64,000 nt of DNA from Gammaproteobacteria bacterium (GCA_965243395.1 CBDEUS010000001.1:576001-640000); one strand, 5' to 3'; shown: positions 31,503-40,921, counted from the first letter of the stretch. Numbers and translations: made by a program. The notes: generated from the letters alone by a model not told the origin.

Positions 31503-31700
31503 TTAGTGGCATGGAAAAACCATGCTATGGCGGATGTCATGTGCGGCATTATGTATAACTTCAGGGCTTGCAAATCCAATAACTGCAAGTATGAAAATGC
31601 TAACTAAAACAGCTGCAGAAATTGCATAGACAGATGCCCAGGGTAATACATGAGTATGATTCTGTTCAGTTTGACCAATATATTTATTAACAGTAGTCAC
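31503..31700 (-). CDS. cbtB: Cobalt transporter subunit CbtB (copy 1)
   Basis: TM helix plus HNAAHDIRHSMVFPCH. GTG at 31700 with SD GAGGAG. Confidence 0.88.
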   Translation of the reverse strand: MTTVNKYIGQTEQNHTHVLPWASVYAISAAVLVSIFILAVIGFASPEVIHNAAHDIRHSMVFPCH

Positions 31701-31773
31701 AAGTTTTCTCCTCGACTGAAATATTGTTATAAGACTGCACATTAGTAATTTAATGTATGCAGCCTATTTATTT

Positions 31774-31843
31774 GAAAAAGTTTATAGAATGTTATCTATA
31801 ATTCAAGACTATTTAATAACTATTTCAATAGTAATTTTCTATA
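31774..31843 (-). promoter_or_regulatory. Putative CynR-type operator and sigma70 promoter of cbtB-cbtA-porin
   Basis: Minus strand tATAG-aaaatta-CTAT...agtcTTGAAT-N16-TAAACT, with the same operator spacing as the scnB and porin sites. Confidence 0.55.
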
Positions 31844-32014
31844 GTAAAAAAATTACGTGAATCGATCCAATTCCTAATTTAAAACGACGAAAACCTATAT
31901 ATAGGTTCGATCTTAATCGTTGATTTGAGAAGATTAATTATAGATTTGCAATTTCAAGGTAGTTATTTTTCATAGCGAATAGCTATGAAACTATCGATGA
32001 AATGTGTAAATCAC

Positions 32015-32773
32015 TTACTTTATGAAATGAATTTTAGTCGCAATGATCCTGGAGTTTTTAATTTCCACATAACGGTAAGCTGGAGGAGGGTCAAGTAAAC
32101 ACTGCATTACTTCATTGTTCGTTTTAAATTGATGGCAAGTCGAAGGAGTTGAGATTAGATGAATATTTGATAGTTTTAGATTAATTTCCTGGTGGATGTG
32201 TCCAAACATCACCAAAACATTTTTTTCATGCTGTTTAAGTAATTTCATAAATTCATCTTGATTATGCAAACTTAACTTATCTAGCCATTTGCTATTTACT
32301 TTAATTGGTGGATGATGAATAGCAATAATAAATGTTTGTTTGCTTTTGCTATTTAATATTTTTTCTAGCTGATTCAGATTATATTCACTGATGAAACCAT
32401 GATGCTCATTATCGACACAACTATTTATTAAAACTAGCGTAGTCTCTCCAAAATTGATCATGTTAATAGAATGAGTGGGTGAGTTTGACACACACTTTTG
32501 CAATAGTTGTGGTGAATCATGATTGCCCGGGACACAATAGATTGGCACTTTAATTTCTTGAATAATTGATCTGAATATTGAGTAACTCGCGGCATTTCCT
32601 GTTTGGGAAATATCGCCTGTAACTAAGATAAAACTGATATCTGGATAGGTGCTTGTGCATGCAGATAATACGGATTGCAAGCTATTCTTGGTATTTATCC
32701 CGCGAAACTCGCCATTAGTATCATCTAATAAGTGTGTATCAGTGATCTGAATAAACTTTAAGTTTTCTGGCAT
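32015..32773 (-). CDS. CpdA/Icc-like metallophosphoesterase
   Basis: QITDTHL, TGDISQ, PGNHD, HHPP, FGHIHQ and TPSTCHQF motifs. Confidence 0.85.
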   Translation of the reverse strand: MPENLKFIQITDTHLLDDTNGEFRGINTKNSLQSVLSACTSTYPDISFILVTGDISQTGNAASYSIFRSIIQEIKVPIYCVPGNHDSPQLLQKCVSNSPTHSINMINFGETTLVLINSCVDNEHHGFISEYNLNQLEKILNSKSKQTFIIAIHHPPIKVNSKWLDKLSLHNQDEFMKLLKQHEKNVLVMFGHIHQEINLKLSNIHLISTPSTCHQFKTNNEVMQCLLDPPPAYRYVEIKNSRIIATKIHFIK

Positions 32774-32903
32774 TATTATGAAAATCTGTATATGTATGCA
32801 GATATTTAAATACTACGAATAAAAAACTCGTTGTGTATACTGTTTAGCTACACGATGAACTTAAATTGCTAGTATTGCAATTATATTAGGTGCAGATTTT
32901 TCT

Positions 32904-33170
32904 GTGAAAAATTTTATTGATTTTCTGGTAGATGCTATAACCAAAGGTACAAGGCCTTTTCGTATCCTGTTATTTGGCGGCATATTTATGGCTTTGATTC
33001 TCATGAATGTGCTTGCATTAATATTGAATATTGATACGAAAATAGGTGGAGATGTAAATCTCGAAAATATTTTGTTAATGATTTTTTCTTTATTTTTGGG
33101 GTTTGGAATTTCTTACAGCATTATTCATTTTGCTGATGCAAGTAAGCGAAAGCGTAACAGAAATAATTAG
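32904..33170 (+). CDS. Small two-TM membrane protein
   Basis: Two hydrophobic helices and a basic C-terminus. Confidence 0.5.
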   Translation: MKNFIDFLVDAITKGTRPFRILLFGGIFMALILMNVLALILNIDTKIGGDVNLENILLMIFSLFLGFGISYSIIHFADASKRKRNRNN

Positions 33171-33179
33171 TTTAATTGC

Positions 33180-33485
33180 TTATTTCCATACGAAAATATA
33201 TTCAGTATTGTCCACACTGGATTTATTAATACCAATTATTATTTCTGCGTCTTGAAGTTTTAGATTTTTGTTTATCGAAGAGCCGTAGAGAAGCTGCCGA
33301 AATTGTTTGTAATCTAAATTCTGATCAATGTAGTTATTTTCTTGTAAATACGAAAACAATTTCGGCAAAGTAAAATGCCATTTATCAAGCTCGAAGCTAA
33401 AGTAAGCGCTTTTTTTTAATTGATTGAGCTCTTTCTCATCTTTTTTTGCCACTCTTTGAAAAAAAGAAGTAAGGATTTTTTCCAT
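33180..33485 (-). CDS. Hypothetical protein downstream of cynS
   Basis: 101-aa ORF starting 18 nt after the cynS stop. Confidence 0.55.
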   Translation of the reverse strand: MEKILTSFFQRVAKKDEKELNQLKKSAYFSFELDKWHFTLPKLFSYLQENNYIDQNLDYKQFRQLLYGSSINKNLKLQDAEIIIGINKSSVDNTEYIFVWK

Positions 33486-33503
33486 AAGAGCTCAAAGATA
33501 AAT

Positions 33504-33947
33504 TTACCAATCTGTATATTTCAGGAATTTTCCATTCAATGTAATTACAACACGATCACCTTTAGGGTTCTCTTCTTTATCAATATCCATCGAAAAATCA
33601 ATTGCACTCATGATGCCATCGCCAAATTTTTCACCAATGATTTCTTTGATAGTTTCTCCATAAACTCCAACGATTTCGTGAAAACGATAAACAACAGGGT
33701 CAGTTGGAATCGCTTTATCCCAAGATTTATAAGGATATTCTTGTAAGCAAGTGCAAACATCTTCTCCAAGGTCTAATGCACTGCATATACTTTTTGCAAC
33801 TTCTTCTGTAGTGCTATTCATTCCAAAACAAGCAGATGTAACCCAGGTAGTACCTTTGCCTACTTTACTCGCTAAATCTTCCCAGGATATTCCTTTAGCT
33901 TTTCTTGCTGCAATAATTTGCTCTTTCATTTGTTCTTTATTCATCAA
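33504..33947 (-). CDS. cynS: Cyanate hydratase (cyanase)
   Basis: PTDPVVYRFHE, EKFGDGIMSAIDF and GDRVVITLNGKFL cyanase signatures. Confidence 0.96.
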   Translation of the reverse strand: MMNKEQMKEQIIAARKAKGISWEDLASKVGKGTTWVTSACFGMNSTTEEVAKSICSALDLGEDVCTCLQEYPYKSWDKAIPTDPVVYRFHEIVGVYGETIKEIIGEKFGDGIMSAIDFSMDIDKEENPKGDRVVITLNGKFLKYTDW

Positions 33948-34162
33948 TCTCTGCTCCCAGTTAATAAAATAATTTTTAATTATCTCAAGATATACAATTC
34001 AATCATTGTTTTATTTTCTATTCCAGAGAGTTGTGAAAAAAGAAAAAACATACGCGCATAGACAAAAAGCGATTGCACTTTAATCGTGCATTAAACTGAA
34101 AAAAACTATTATTAATCGTTATTTGCTATAAGCCTTATAACAAATAACAATACTGAATTAAC

Positions 34163-35098
34163 TTAATTTGAAATATCAAATTCATTTTGCAGCATACGTG
34201 CAGTTATATCTGAAGCTATTTCAATAAACGCGCGACTTGAAGGGCTTTTGTATCTGCCTTTATGCCAAATTAAGCTAACTGTTTTATGAGGGATTTCGGG
34301 TATAAGTACGATTGAGTATAAATTAGTGTTTTTACGGATAATTGTTTCTGGAAGTAAAGTAGCAAGCTTACCTAGTTGAACCATTTCAATAATTACACTT
34401 AATGAGTTTGTTTCAACGGATATGCGTGGTTCAATTTGATAAGTTTGGCAATAACGGTCGATATGTCTGCGAAGGGCAAAGTTGCTATTTAATAAAGCAA
34501 GTGACTCATTGCCAAAATCTAATGCACTCATTTCTCCTGAGTTATGACGTGGATGATTCTTGCCGACTGCCAAACATAAAGATTCTTCAAATAAAATATA
34601 ATTTTCGATATCTGTAGATTCATCTTCTTCTAGAGATGGACGTGTAAACGCAATGCCAATATCAATCTTGTCTTCGCCTACAGCTATTTCTAAATCATCT
34701 TGAGACATTTCCAAGGTACTGATTTTTATTCCCGGATGAAGATTGTTGAAATGGGATAGCAATGAGCACGTAAGGTGGTCTGTAATCGGTGTCCAACCTA
34801 AACGCAATGACCCTTTGCTTAAATTTTTTACATCATGAATAGCTCTTGTGCCTGCATCGAGTTCTCCCCACGCACGACGAGCATGGAATAAATACACCTC
34901 ACCCGCATCAGTAAGGCGAACCCCCCTCCCAGTTCGATCTATAAGTGGAGACTCAAGAATCTCTTCTAAATGTTTGATTTGCTGTGAGAGCGTTGGTTGA
35001 GAAACGTGCAACGCATCTGCAGCGCGTGTATAGCTACCTTGTTCAGCAATTGCGATTAGATACTGTAATGAGCGAGGAAAAACATTTCTTTGTTTCAT
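34163..35098 (-). CDS. cynR: LysR-type regulator, CynR-like
   Basis: R.LQY..AIAE.GSYTRAA.ALHVSQPTLSQQI, LTDAGE.Y and G.RAIHDV..LS.GSLR match CynR. Adjacent to cynS. Confidence 0.88.
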   Translation of the reverse strand: MKQRNVFPRSLQYLIAIAEQGSYTRAADALHVSQPTLSQQIKHLEEILESPLIDRTGRGVRLTDAGEVYLFHARRAWGELDAGTRAIHDVKNLSKGSLRLGWTPITDHLTCSLLSHFNNLHPGIKISTLEMSQDDLEIAVGEDKIDIGIAFTRPSLEEDESTDIENYILFEESLCLAVGKNHPRHNSGEMSALDFGNESLALLNSNFALRRHIDRYCQTYQIEPRISVETNSLSVIIEMVQLGKLATLLPETIIRKNTNLYSIVLIPEIPHKTVSLIWHKGRYKSPSSRAFIEIASDITARMLQNEFDISN

Positions 35099-35161
35099 AG
35101 TAATTTCTTATAGGATTTATAACTACAAAGACTTGGACTAATAATATACCACCATTAGACT
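35096..35161 (+). promoter_or_regulatory. Putative CynR operator and sigma70 promoter of the scnBAC operon, overlapping the cynR start codon
   Basis: cATAG-taatttc-TTAT-aggattt-ataactacaaagac-TTGGAC-N17-TAGACT. Confidence 0.65.
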
Positions 35162-35291
35162 TGTCATATAGCTAATCCTATATCCCTTAAGATAAGCATA
35201 TTAGCAAATACTAAAATATAAGGGATTGCTTAGGTTTGAGCGTGGGTTAGTGGAAATAATCGAACTATAAAAAATGAAGGAGTCCGGGATT

Positions 35292-35723
35292 ATGTCAGAA
35301 GCCACACGAAAACGTGTCTTAAATCATCTGGATTATGTAGGTTTATTGCAACCTGCGATTCACACCGAAACACATGCACCGTCACCTGATGAAGTAACGG
35401 ATGATCAATATCGTGCATACACTCGTCCATCACATGATATTGGTGGAGAACGCGATGTTTCAATTCAGTGGGAAGAGAAAGAAGAAGAGATTTGGGAGCA
35501 CAATACATTTGTGACATGTGAAGTGCTGGCATGGCGTGGTGTTTGGAATGCAGAGGAGAGACGTCGTCGTCAAAATGTGGATGTAGGTCAAACTCAATAT
35601 TTGGGACTTCCTTACTACGGCCGCTGGTTACTTACAGCTGCATTAATTTTAGTAGATAAGCAATTTGTTACCCTGACTGAATTACATGAAAAGATTGACG
35701 AGGTTAGTAAGCGCTATGAGTAA
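35292..35723 (+). CDS. scnB: Thiocyanate hydrolase beta subunit
   Basis: RAYTR..HD.GGE, EKEEEIWE.NTF.TCE.LAWRGVW.AEERRR and YYGRWLLTAA.ILVDKQFVTLTELH match Thiobacillus thioparus ScnB as recalled. SD AAGGAG. Confidence 0.93.
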   Translation: MSEATRKRVLNHLDYVGLLQPAIHTETHAPSPDEVTDDQYRAYTRPSHDIGGERDVSIQWEEKEEEIWEHNTFVTCEVLAWRGVWNAEERRRRQNVDVGQTQYLGLPYYGRWLLTAALILVDKQFVTLTELHEKIDEVSKRYE

Positions 35724-36084
35724 GCCACATTATGATTTAGAACATCACGTTAAAAAAGCAACTGGGATTGGAGATCCGCAATGCTTTAAAGGTGAAGCGG
35801 GCGATCCAAGATTTAAAGTTGGGGATAAAGTTAAAATCCGTGATCTACCCGATGTCTTTTACACACGTACACAAGCTTACACGCGAGGTTGCGAGGCTAC
35901 AGTCGTAAGACTCGTTTATGAAACTCCTCCGGCAGAAGATGAAGCTTGGGATAACACTGAAAATGTAGAGTGGATGTACAGTTTACTGTTCAAACAAAAA
36001 GATCTATGGCCCGAGTATGCGGACACATTTTCGCAGGACACTCTAGAAACTGAAATTCCGGAACATTGGTTGGAACCTGCATAG
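35716..36084 (+). CDS. scnA: Thiocyanate hydrolase alpha subunit
   Basis: ATGIGDPQCFKG, DLPD.FYTRT..YTRG and QKDLWPEY.DTF..DTLETEIPE motifs. ATG overlaps the scnB stop. Confidence 0.93.
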   Translation: MSKPHYDLEHHVKKATGIGDPQCFKGEAGDPRFKVGDKVKIRDLPDVFYTRTQAYTRGCEATVVRLVYETPPAEDEAWDNTENVEWMYSLLFKQKDLWPEYADTFSQDTLETEIPEHWLEPA

Positions 36085-36134
36085 CATTACAAGGTTTATC
36101 AAAGTTTAAATAAATACTATAAGAGGAATAAAAC

Positions 36135-36830
36135 ATGGCGGATAAACATAAAGCTGCACCAATGGTAGATGAAGTCAGTGAGTTTGAAATCCTTGAAATC
36201 GCGGTTCGCGAACTTGCAATTGAAAAAGGTCTGTTTACTCAGGATGACCATAATGCCTGGACAGACTACATGCATACTTTAAGTCCGATCCCTGCCGCAC
36301 GCTTGGTGGCTAAAGCGTGGCTAGATCCAGAATATAAAAAACTTGCGATTGAGGACGGAGTTAAAGCGAGTTTAGAAGTAGGTATCGATTGGGTTAAGCA
36401 AATGCCTACTCAATTCGGTACTCCAAGTGACTACTGTAATTTACGCGTTATGGCAGACACACCAACCTTAAAACATGTAGTAGTGTGTACTTTATGTTCT
36501 TGCTACCCACGTCCAATTTTAGGTCAGTCACCTGAATGGTATCGCACACCTAATTATCGTAGACGCTTAGTAAGGTGGCCTAGGCAAGTGCTATCAGAAT
36601 TTGGCTTACAAATACCTGATGATGTTGAAGTGCGTGTAGTTGATTCTAATCAGAAAACTCGTTATATCGTTATGCCCGAGCGACCTGAAGGAACGGATGG
36701 TTGGACAGAAGATCAGCTAACTGAAATTGTTACACGCGATTGTTTAATCGGTGTGGCACTACCCAAACCAGGCAAGACTGCTAACGACCCTCGCCCGGTT
36801 CGAAAAGCACTTAAACCTTATGGCCACTAA
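36135..36830 (+). CDS. scnC: Thiocyanate hydrolase gamma subunit (cobalt-binding)
   Basis: Nitrile-hydratase-type Co ligand motif VCTLCSCY, plus APMV.EVS.FEILE, TQFGTPSDYCNLRV and RRRLVRWPRQVL. Confidence 0.95.
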   Translation: MADKHKAAPMVDEVSEFEILEIAVRELAIEKGLFTQDDHNAWTDYMHTLSPIPAARLVAKAWLDPEYKKLAIEDGVKASLEVGIDWVKQMPTQFGTPSDYCNLRVMADTPTLKHVVVCTLCSCYPRPILGQSPEWYRTPNYRRRLVRWPRQVLSEFGLQIPDDVEVRVVDSNQKTRYIVMPERPEGTDGWTEDQLTEIVTRDCLIGVALPKPGKTANDPRPVRKALKPYGH

Positions 36831-36836
36831 TTAAGA

Positions 36837-37238
36837 ATGACTTCAATTAACCCGGAAAAAATCGAACTCGATGAGGAGATGTCCCAGCGCAATTTGGATA
36901 ATTCTCCTATTGCTGTGTTAGAAGAAATTAAACAAGAAGGTAAAGGACGCACTTGGCAAGATCTCAGTAAAAAATGGGGTGTAGAGAACCCCGACCCACC
37001 TTGGAAAGTTACATTAGAAGCGACTTGTGATGTGTTATCGGAAGTGTCATGCGCTCTGCCAGGCATAGAAAGGCGTTGGGAAGAAGATGATCTCGTCGAA
37101 GAACTTTATAAAGATGTTCCTTATCCTGAACGACAATTATTAGCCTTGGTGCATTCTATGATTCGTCGAGGATTGATTGATGAAGAAGATTTAAGAAAAC
37201 ATATGAAGGTGGTAGATAAGCGTTTGCATATGGCATAA
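36837..37238 (+). CDS. Thiocyanate hydrolase activator (P15K-like)
   Basis: ~15 kDa gene directly after scnC, with ERR..ED.L....Y...PYPERQL.AL...GLIDEE.L resembling the nitrile hydratase beta/activator N-domain. Confidence 0.75.
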   Translation: MTSINPEKIELDEEMSQRNLDNSPIAVLEEIKQEGKGRTWQDLSKKWGVENPDPPWKVTLEATCDVLSEVSCALPGIERRWEEDDLVEELYKDVPYPERQLLALVHSMIRRGLIDEEDLRKHMKVVDKRLHMA

Positions 37239-37318
37239 AAAATTCAAAATAAAAAAAGCTATTTAAATAGCTAAAGAATAAATTAAATATTTCAAAGTAT
37301 TTAGAAGCAGAGGAGCAG

Positions 37319-37681
37319 ATGTTAAAAATTTTTATGAAATCTTCTTGGGGGAGCGACGACCCAACGCGTGCTGCTATGGTTTTAGGTCATAGTCATGCCT
37401 TAGCAAGTGCAGGTCATAACGTGCGTATTTTTTTGTTAGGCGAAGCAGTTTGTTTAGCTCGAGAAGTTGTGCGTGAAAATTTGAAGCCTGTGGGTTGGCC
37501 ATCTGTTGCTGAGCAATGGAAAAATGCTTTAGACGAAGGGGTGCGAATAGAATTTTGTGGTGCTTGCTCTAGAGCCAGAGGTATTACTGAAGAAGATATG
37601 GCTAATGCCGGAGGACAGCCTGGTAATCCGGATACTTTTGTGGAAGACACTGAATGGGCAGATAGGATTATTGCGGAGTAA
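37319..37681 (+). CDS. DsrE/DsrF-like protein
   Basis: V.IFLLGEAV.LA and CGACSRARGI motifs. SD GAGGAG. Confidence 0.8.
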   Translation: MLKIFMKSSWGSDDPTRAAMVLGHSHALASAGHNVRIFLLGEAVCLAREVVRENLKPVGWPSVAEQWKNALDEGVRIEFCGACSRARGITEEDMANAGGQPGNPDTFVEDTEWADRIIAE

Positions 37682-37846
37682 CTCTCTTATTAATATGTAT
37701 GAAATTAAAAATAAGGAATACATTTTTAACATGGAGGAAATAAGTTGCCTATTTTTCATAATATAAAAGGAAGTTTAATTTCGTTAACAAATGCTGAACA
37801 AAATGCAAAGCATTTTGGAACTACATTTACAGATAAGGAAACAAAC

Positions 37847-38638
37847 ATGGCGGAGCGCAATGGCGTACATATTAAAGTAAAGGATTTAACTCATAGATAT
37901 GATGCAAAAAGCCCACTTACTTTCGACAAAGTAAATGTAGAAGCAGAACCAGGAGAATCAATTGTAATTATTGGGCGTTCTGGTTGTGGTAAATCAACAT
38001 TACTACACATTATCGCGGGATTGCTTGGTGGTTATACTGGAACCAACCAGATAAATAACAAAGATGTTAAAGCTGCATCATCAAAATGGATCATGATGTT
38101 CCAAGCACCACATCTATTTCCTTGGATGACGGTAGAACAAAATGTTGGGACTGGATTACGTTTTGCAGGTTGGTCGAAAGATAGGATTTCTGAACGTGTA
38201 AAAGATGCAATTAGTTTAGTGAATATGGAAGAGTTTGCGCATAAAAATACGCAAGACTTATCAGGTGGACAACAACAACGTGTGGCTTTAGCACGGTCAC
38301 TGGTGATGGAGCCAGAAATGTTGCTATTGGATGAGCCATTTTCAGCTTTGGATGCGTTTACACGTGCTGCCTTGCAAAAAGACGTGCGCGCGATATCAAA
38401 GCAACTTGGATTTAACATTGTCATGGTGACGCATGATATTGATGAAGCTGTAATCATGGCCGATCGAGCGATGATCATGGCAGGTTCGCCGGGGAAAATG
38501 ACGCACGACTTAAAGATAGATCTTCCGGATCCTCGTGATCGTGAAGATCCTGAAGTACAAAAGTTACGAGCACACGTAATGCAAGAGTTTCAGGAAGCTG
38601 CAGGCTCGCCCAAGGGCAGCGAAACAGAGGAGAGTTAA
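37847..38638 (+). CDS. Nitrate/sulfonate/cyanate-type ABC ATP-binding protein
   Basis: GRSGCGKST, LFPW.TV..NV, LSGGQQQR, LLLDEPFSALD and VTHDIDEA. ATG at 37847 with SD AAGGA. Confidence 0.9.
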   Translation: MAERNGVHIKVKDLTHRYDAKSPLTFDKVNVEAEPGESIVIIGRSGCGKSTLLHIIAGLLGGYTGTNQINNKDVKAASSKWIMMFQAPHLFPWMTVEQNVGTGLRFAGWSKDRISERVKDAISLVNMEEFAHKNTQDLSGGQQQRVALARSLVMEPEMLLLDEPFSALDAFTRAALQKDVRAISKQLGFNIVMVTHDIDEAVIMADRAMIMAGSPGKMTHDLKIDLPDPRDREDPEVQKLRAHVMQEFQEAAGSPKGSETEES

Positions 38639-38745
38639 GAAAGTGCAGTTTCTACAGTCGAAAAGGTCGACAAACAATGCCTAGATACGCGGTCTAGGTA
38701 TTTTGAAGAGAAAACTACGAGAGTAACGATGAGAGGAATTCCAAT

Positions 38746-40029
38746 ATGAAGAAAATTTATCAAAAACATGGTGAGGGGATTGTTCATGATGATCCTAATC
38801 TCGCCATTGAGTATGACCCTTTGTTTAGAGGTGCTCTAGGCACGGGCTTGAACCGGCGTGAGCTGTTACAAGTGGGTGCTGCATTAGGTACTGCGGGGAT
38901 GTCAATGCCGGCATTTTCCGCAAAGAAAAAGTGGGACCCAGTTATTAAGATTGGTTACATCCCAATTACAGATGCGGCAGCATTATTAATTGCGCATGAT
39001 CAAGGTCTTTTCAAAGCTGAAGGTATTGATTCCAAAAAACCAACACTGATTCGTGGATGGTCGCCTTTAGTAGAAGCTTTTGCTGCACATCGTTTCAACC
39101 TTACCCATATGTTGATCCCAATTCCTGTGTGGATGAGATACAACAATAAATATCCGATTAAAATTACCGCATGGGACCATACAAATGGTTCCGCAATTTT
39201 GGTTGGAAAGAATAGTGGTATTAATGAACCAAAAGATTTTGGTGGTAAGCAATTTGCAGTACCTTACTGGTACTCAATTCATAACATTGTTTCTCAGCGA
39301 ATCATGAAGGCAGCTGGTATCAAACCAGTAATTAAACCTCAATCTGCCAAGCTTGCTGATGACGAATGTAACTTCCTGGTTCTTGCACCACCTTCAATGC
39401 CGCCTGCGCTTGCCGCCGGAACCATTGATGGCTATTGCGTAGCAGAACCTTTTAATGCATTAGGTGAATTAAAAGCGGGTGGTAAAGTCTTGCGCTTCAC
39501 GGGTGATGCATGGAAAGGGCATCCATGTTGTGTTGTGGTAATGCATGAAGACGATGCAATGGATCCAGATCGTGCTGCATGGGCACAAGGCATACATAAT
39601 GCTGTGGTTAAAGCACAAATTATGCTTGCTGAAAATCGTGAATCCATGGCTGAACTGCTCTCTAAGGATGGTAAAGGCTATTTACCAGTACCTAAAGAAG
39701 TTGTGAAGCGAGCAATGATGTTCTACGACCCAGCTTATTACAACAATCCGCTTGCAATTAAGCATCCTGAATGGGATCAAAATCGGATTGATTTCCAAGC
39801 ATGGCCTTATCGTTCAGCAACGGAACTTGTTGTAAATGATTTGAAAGAAACTGTTGTCACAGGTGATGCTAAATTCCTAGACACACTTACTCCACAACAT
39901 GTTGCAGATGACCTAGTCAATTACGACTTTGTTAAAACATCTTTGGAATCAAATCCTAAATGGAGAAACGATAAGAGTGTTCCACAGGAAGGCGACCCCT
40001 ATGTTCGCACGGAGACATTTGTACTTTAA
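38746..40029 (+). CDS. NrtA/CmpA/CynA-family oxyanion-binding protein, Tat-exported
   Basis: NRRELLQ twin-arginine motif, IGYIPITDAA.L, DGYCVAEPFN and W.GHPCC motifs. Confidence 0.85.
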   Translation: MKKIYQKHGEGIVHDDPNLAIEYDPLFRGALGTGLNRRELLQVGAALGTAGMSMPAFSAKKKWDPVIKIGYIPITDAAALLIAHDQGLFKAEGIDSKKPTLIRGWSPLVEAFAAHRFNLTHMLIPIPVWMRYNNKYPIKITAWDHTNGSAILVGKNSGINEPKDFGGKQFAVPYWYSIHNIVSQRIMKAAGIKPVIKPQSAKLADDECNFLVLAPPSMPPALAAGTIDGYCVAEPFNALGELKAGGKVLRFTGDAWKGHPCCVVVMHEDDAMDPDRAAWAQGIHNAVVKAQIMLAENRESMAELLSKDGKGYLPVPKEVVKRAMMFYDPAYYNNPLAIKHPEWDQNRIDFQAWPYRSATELVVNDLKETVVTGDAKFLDTLTPQHVADDLVNYDFVKTSLESNPKWRNDKSVPQEGDPYVRTETFVL

Positions 40030-40869
40030 ATGAGCAATGGAGATGCAAAAACTGAATTGATTGATGCTGGGGCAGGAGGCGTACCCAACCCACAACAATC
40101 ACTAGCTAAATCCTTTGGAACAAGTTTGTTCTACTGGGCGGCTGGCTTATTTATTCTCTTCGTACTCTGGTGGATTGGGGGTTATCTCATTGAGATAAAC
40201 CCCAATACCACAAATTTTAAGGATTTTGGACCCATACCAACGTTCCAAGCCTTTCCAGAGTTATGGGGTGAAGGAAAAATACAAGCTGCAGTCTATACAA
40301 GTGGGTTTCGTCTAGGTGCAGGATTACTGATTGCTATAATTGTTGGAATTCCAATTGGTATTTTACTTGGCAGAAGTAAAGTATTTCGTGATTTAAGTAA
40401 TTCTCCGTTTCAGTTAATTCGTATGATTAGCCCGCTATCTTGGGAGCCAATTGCGGTAATTGTTTTTGCTACCTGGAATGGCGCAATCGTATTCTTAATC
40501 TCAATTGCGGCAGTTTGGCCCATTGTATTTGCCACCGCAGCAGGACTTGCAAAAGTAGATCCTGCTTGGTTTAAAGTCGCAAAAAATCTTGGTGCAAAAC
40601 CGTGGCATATGGTTACTCAAATAATTTTACCTGCTATCATGTTTGACATCTTGACAGGTGTTCGTCTCGCACTTGGTGTGGGATGGATTGTTTTAGTACC
40701 TGCAGAATTTTTAGGGGTGACCTCAGGTTTGGGCTATTCTATTGCAGATGCACGTGAGACTTTATCGTATGACCAGCTAACGGCTATGGTGTTAGTCATA
40801 GGTATCATGGGTTATATATTAGATAGCTCGTGTGCAATGCTTATTAAAAAATATAGTTGGCATCACTAG
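40030..40869 (+). CDS. Nitrate/sulfonate-type ABC permease
   Basis: GIPIGILLG, R.ISPL.W.P, A..LGA, LPA....I.TG.R.ALG.GW..LVPAE motifs. Confidence 0.9.
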   Translation: MSNGDAKTELIDAGAGGVPNPQQSLAKSFGTSLFYWAAGLFILFVLWWIGGYLIEINPNTTNFKDFGPIPTFQAFPELWGEGKIQAAVYTSGFRLGAGLLIAIIVGIPIGILLGRSKVFRDLSNSPFQLIRMISPLSWEPIAVIVFATWNGAIVFLISIAAVWPIVFATAAGLAKVDPAWFKVAKNLGAKPWHMVTQIILPAIMFDILTGVRLALGVGWIVLVPAEFLGVTSGLGYSIADARETLSYDQLTAMVLVIGIMGYILDSSCAMLIKKYSWHH

Positions 40870-40921
40870 TAATGCTAACTAATTAAAAATTGATTTAAAT
40901 TTCTATCTAGGAGAAAAAACT

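Noticed and set aside
31701-32014. Cobalamin riboswitch upstream of cbtB
   Set aside because: The region is very AT-rich, with no B12-box or GGGAA core recognisable on the minus strand.
35292-36830. Ordinary nitrile hydratase
   Set aside because: The three-subunit split and subunit-specific sequences match thiocyanate hydrolase rather than a two-subunit NHase.
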